Positions 60,969 to 64,000 of a DNA stretch of 64,000 nucleotides are shown piece after piece. The position numbers and the translations under genes were made by a program. Source of the stretch: an uncultured delta proteobacterium (lineage in GTDB: Bacteria > Myxococcota_A > UBA9160 > SMWR01); the NCBI GenBank assembly GCA_963832165.1, contig CAWHTE010000007.1, positions 32,001 to 96,000 of the forward strand, read 5' to 3'. The notes below the pieces were generated by a model. The model was not told the origin of the DNA. It saw nothing but the letters and a program-made list of their open reading frames with translations, and made no database searches. How positions within the stretch are numbered: position 1 is the stretch's first letter; each line of letters opens with the position of its first letter.

Positions 60969-62411
60969 ATGGCGCCGCCTCGACGCGACGTGAGCGCCTT
61001 CGAGACCGACATCCCCGCGCGCCTCGACCGGCTCGCGTGGAGCCGCTTCCACTGGCTCGTGGTCATAGCGCTCGGCGTGACCTGGGCACTCGACGGCCTC
61101 GAGGTCACGATCGTCGGCGCGCTCGGCAGCGTGCTCGAGGAGCCCGGCACGCTGGGCCTCTCCGCAACCCAGGTCGGGCTCGCCGGCACCGTCTACATCG
61201 CGGGCGCACTGATCGGTGCGCTGTTCTTCGGCCATCTCACCGATCGGCACGGCCGCCGACGGCTGTTCCTGATCACGCTCTCGCTCTACGTGATCGCGAC
61301 CAGCGCGACGGCGCTCTCGATCGATTTCTGGACCTTCGCCGCGTGCCGCTTCTTCACGGGCATGGGCATCGGCGGCGAGTACGCCGCGATCAACTCGGCG
61401 ATCGACGAGCTGATCCCCGCGCGCGCGCGCGGCTTCGTGGGTCTCGCGATCAACGGCAGCTACTGGCTCGGCACCGCGCTCGGCGCGGTACTCAGCGCAG
61501 TGCTGCTCGACCCGCGCGTGCTCGGGCACGAGGTCGGCTGGCGCGCCGCCTTCGGGCTCGGAGCGCTGCTCGCACTGGGGATCATGATCGTGCGGCGCTT
61601 CGTGCCGGAATCGCCGCGCTGGCTCATGGTGCGCGGGAGACACGTCGAGGCGGAAGCGATCGTCGCAGCGATCGAGGCGGGCTGCGCAGCGCGCGAGGAT
61701 GCCACGACGCCGGCGCGGATCCGGATCGCGCCGCTCGAACGCGTCGGCTTTCGCGTGATCGCGCGCGTGATCCTCTCTCACTACCGCTCGCGTGCAGTGC
61801 TGGGCCTCGTGCTGATGATCTCGCAGGCATTCTTCTACAACGCGATCTTCTTCACCTACGGGCTCACGCTCACGCACTTCTACGCCGTCCCCGACGAGCG
61901 CGTGGGCGCGTATCTCCTGCCGTTCGCGCTGGGCAACTTCCTGGGCCCGCTGCTGCTCGGGCGCCTGTTCGATTCGATCGGGCGAAAGCCGATGATCTCG
62001 TTCACGTACGGGATGAGCGGGATTCTGCTGCTGCTGACCGGGATCGGCTTCGTGCGCGGCGCGCTCGACGCGCAGACGCACACCATGCTCTGGTCGATCT
62101 CGTTCTTCTTCGCCTCGGCCGCCGCGAGCTCCGCCTATCTCACCGTGAGCGAGCTGTTTCCGCTCGAGATCCGCGCGATGGCGATCGCGCTGTTCTACGC
62201 GGTCGGCACCGGAATGGGTGGACTCGTAGCGCCGACGCTGTTCGGGGCACTGATCGAGTCGGGGAGCCGCCACGACCTGTTTCTGGGCTACGTGCTGGCG
62301 TCGGTGCTGATGCTGTTGGCCGCTCTGACCGTACTCGTGCTCGGCGTGGCCGCGGAGCGCCGCCCGCTCGAGGACATCGCGCTGCCGCTCTCCATCTACA
62401 AGGGGGATTGA
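60969..62411 (+). CDS. MFS transporter
   Basis: GHLTDRHGRR, GMGIGGEY, PESPRWL, DSIGRK and SELFPLEIRA; many hydrophobic helices. Confidence 0.93.
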   Translation: MAPPRRDVSAFETDIPARLDRLAWSRFHWLVVIALGVTWALDGLEVTIVGALGSVLEEPGTLGLSATQVGLAGTVYIAGALIGALFFGHLTDRHGRRRLFLITLSLYVIATSATALSIDFWTFAACRFFTGMGIGGEYAAINSAIDELIPARARGFVGLAINGSYWLGTALGAVLSAVLLDPRVLGHEVGWRAAFGLGALLALGIMIVRRFVPESPRWLMVRGRHVEAEAIVAAIEAGCAAREDATTPARIRIAPLERVGFRVIARVILSHYRSRAVLGLVLMISQAFFYNAIFFTYGLTLTHFYAVPDERVGAYLLPFALGNFLGPLLLGRLFDSIGRKPMISFTYGMSGILLLLTGIGFVRGALDAQTHTMLWSISFFFASAAASSAYLTVSELFPLEIRAMAIALFYAVGTGMGGLVAPTLFGALIESGSRHDLFLGYVLASVLMLLAALTVLVLGVAAERRPLEDIALPLSIYKGD

Positions 62412-62449
62412 CCGGGCGCCTCGATCCGATCGGCTAAGCTGGTCGCGCC

Positions 62450-63037
62450 ATGACGCCCCGCGCTTATTTCCTCGCGATCGCGCTGTTCGGGATCGCTCTG
62501 TCCTCGAGCCGTGTCGGTGCCGCCACCGACGACATCAAGACCTGGACCGAGACGGAGAACGGAAACGACGCTCCCAGCTACTTCGCAGAGGGCATTGTCA
62601 ACGCACCGCCGTCGGCCGTGTGGGATCTCGTCTCACACTGCACCGACTACGTGAGGAACATGCCCCGCATCGCCGCGAGCAAGGAGCTGTCGCGCTCGGG
62701 CGACGAATCCTCGGAGTTCACCGCGGTGTGCGAAGTGACGGCGGACGTGCCGTTTCCGTTCTCGGACCTCACGAGCGTGAGTCGGGCCACGATGACCGTC
62801 GACGCACAGAACGGAAGCTACATGCGCGTGTGGGAGTTGATCCGCGGCGATTACGAGGTCAACGAGGGCAGCTGGCGTCTGGTCGCCGTCGAAGGCGGCG
62901 CGAAGACGAAGGTGACCTACCGGATCCACGCGAAGCCCAAGCTGCCGCTGCCGAAGAGCCTGATCGAGAGCTCGCAGCGGACCGCACTGCCGCAGGTGAT
63001 CCAGCGCCTGCGAGACCGCACGTCACAGCAGCCCTGA
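62450..63037 (+). CDS. Secreted SRPBCC/START-fold protein
   Basis: Signal peptide, VNAPPSAVWDLV, MPRI and NEGSWRL. Confidence 0.75.
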   Translation: MTPRAYFLAIALFGIALSSSRVGAATDDIKTWTETENGNDAPSYFAEGIVNAPPSAVWDLVSHCTDYVRNMPRIAASKELSRSGDESSEFTAVCEVTADVPFPFSDLTSVSRATMTVDAQNGSYMRVWELIRGDYEVNEGSWRLVAVEGGAKTKVTYRIHAKPKLPLPKSLIESSQRTALPQVIQRLRDRTSQQP

Positions 63038-63058
63038 GCGCGGCACCGGGGAGATGCC

Positions 63059-63859
63059 ATGGCAGGCAGAGAGAAACGGACCCTTTTCCAGCGGCTGAAG
63101 AACAACGTCCGCCGCGAGCTCTCGCGTCCGTTCCAGCCGCGGAAGCGCCCCGAGGTCCACCGCGAAGAGGAGGTCGTGGACCTCGTGGAGTTCACGGGTC
63201 TGCCGCGTGACACCGTGATCGAGTACCTGCGCCGCGACCGCGGCCGCCGGATCAGCGACGAGCACGGATGGGTGCGCCCGCGCGAGGCGCGCGAGTACGG
63301 TTGGTTCTATCGCGGCAGCCGCGTCTACCTGTTCAGCGGCGACTCGGAGCCGTGGGCGCGCGCGCTCGAGCAGGCGGCCCCCGGCATGCGCGTGCTCGAC
63401 TTCGGCGGTGGTAGCGGACGCACTTCGATCGCCCTCGCGCGCAAGGGAGCCAAGGTGTTCTACGTCGACCTCTCGGTGATGAACGCCGGGTTCATGGCGT
63501 TCCGGGCGCGGAAGCACGGGCTCGACATCACCGTGATCGATCCGATCGTCGAGGACGCGGGGGTCTGGCGCATCGATACGGCCGAGGCCGCGCGCCGCGT
63601 GGGCGGCTTCGACCTCGTGATCGCAGACAACGTGCTCGAGCACGTCGTCGACTATCACCTCGCCGTCGAGAAGCTGGGCGCCGCGCTCACGCCGGGCGGC
63701 CGACTGCTCGAGTGCACCCCGTTCAAGCGCGAGAAGTCCTATCTGTTCGGCGGCCCCGCTCCCTGGGACGTGCACCTGCCGCCGACCATGCCGATGGCGG
63801 AGGCCACACGGCGCGCCGGCCTCGAGCCCGCGGGTGACGGGCTCTGGGAGCGGCCCTAG
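63059..63859 (+). CDS. Class I SAM-dependent methyltransferase
   Basis: RVLDFGGGSG, VDLS, FDLV...VLEHV and LTPGGRL. Confidence 0.88.
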   Translation: MAGREKRTLFQRLKNNVRRELSRPFQPRKRPEVHREEEVVDLVEFTGLPRDTVIEYLRRDRGRRISDEHGWVRPREAREYGWFYRGSRVYLFSGDSEPWARALEQAAPGMRVLDFGGGSGRTSIALARKGAKVFYVDLSVMNAGFMAFRARKHGLDITVIDPIVEDAGVWRIDTAEAARRVGGFDLVIADNVLEHVVDYHLAVEKLGAALTPGGRLLECTPFKREKSYLFGGPAPWDVHLPPTMPMAEATRRAGLEPAGDGLWERP

Positions 63860-64000
63860 GTCCTGCCCGCGCGCACTTCGTCTCTCACCTGGCGCAGCAT
63901 CACGGTGATCACGAAGAGCATCACGATGGCGGCGAACTCGAGCAGTCGCCCCGGTGCGTAGGTACCGCGCAGAATCGTGTATTGGAAGAAGTTCGCGACC
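63856..64000 (-). CDS. C-terminal fragment of a small membrane protein (runs off the window end)
   Basis: Open frame VANFFQYTILRGTYAPGRLLEFAAIVMLFVITVMLRQVRDEVRAGRT* ending at TAG 63856-63858. Confidence 0.5.
   Translation of the reverse strand, partial: VANFFQYTILRGTYAPGRLLEFAAIVMLFVITVMLRQVRDEVRAGRT

Overview
A 64 kb GC-rich bacterial chromosomal window. PEP-CTERM proteins, outer-membrane barrels, sigma54 regulation and a stand-alone groEL point to a diderm, probably Myxococcota-like organism; this is inference only. Housekeeping genes include a partial groEL, an RhlE-like helicase, ychF, an SbcCD-like pair, valS, rpsN-rpmE2-rpmB and tRNA-Arg(GCG). The notable modules are: (1) a compact putative defence locus next to groEL, with a CapH-like HTH, a ThsB-like TIR protein, a divergent Zn-ribbon/GIY-YIG protein and tandem palindromic operators; (2) a 14.5 kb envelope redox region in which DsbD, TlpA, DUF4266, DUF3570 (with an SGAT flavinylation motif), ApbE and four uncharacterised envelope genes face two monoheme cytochrome-like proteins and a Tat-exported protein; (3) a sigma54 two-component system plus pspA with a complete enhancer/IHF/-24/-12 promoter; (4) a UGSC-family selenoprotein hidden by an in-frame TGA, with a SECIS-like hairpin, missed by the ORF track; (5) a TPR-GT41 (OGT-like) glycosyltransferase, a TIGR03032-like protein and a 15-repeat FG-GAP PEP-CTERM surface protein. 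Five GTAG-type REP elements and three CRP-type boxes are also visible. About ten genes, including the normally essential valS, carry single-base frameshifts, most likely sequencing or assembly errors. Family assignments come from motif recognition by eye; no database searches were run.
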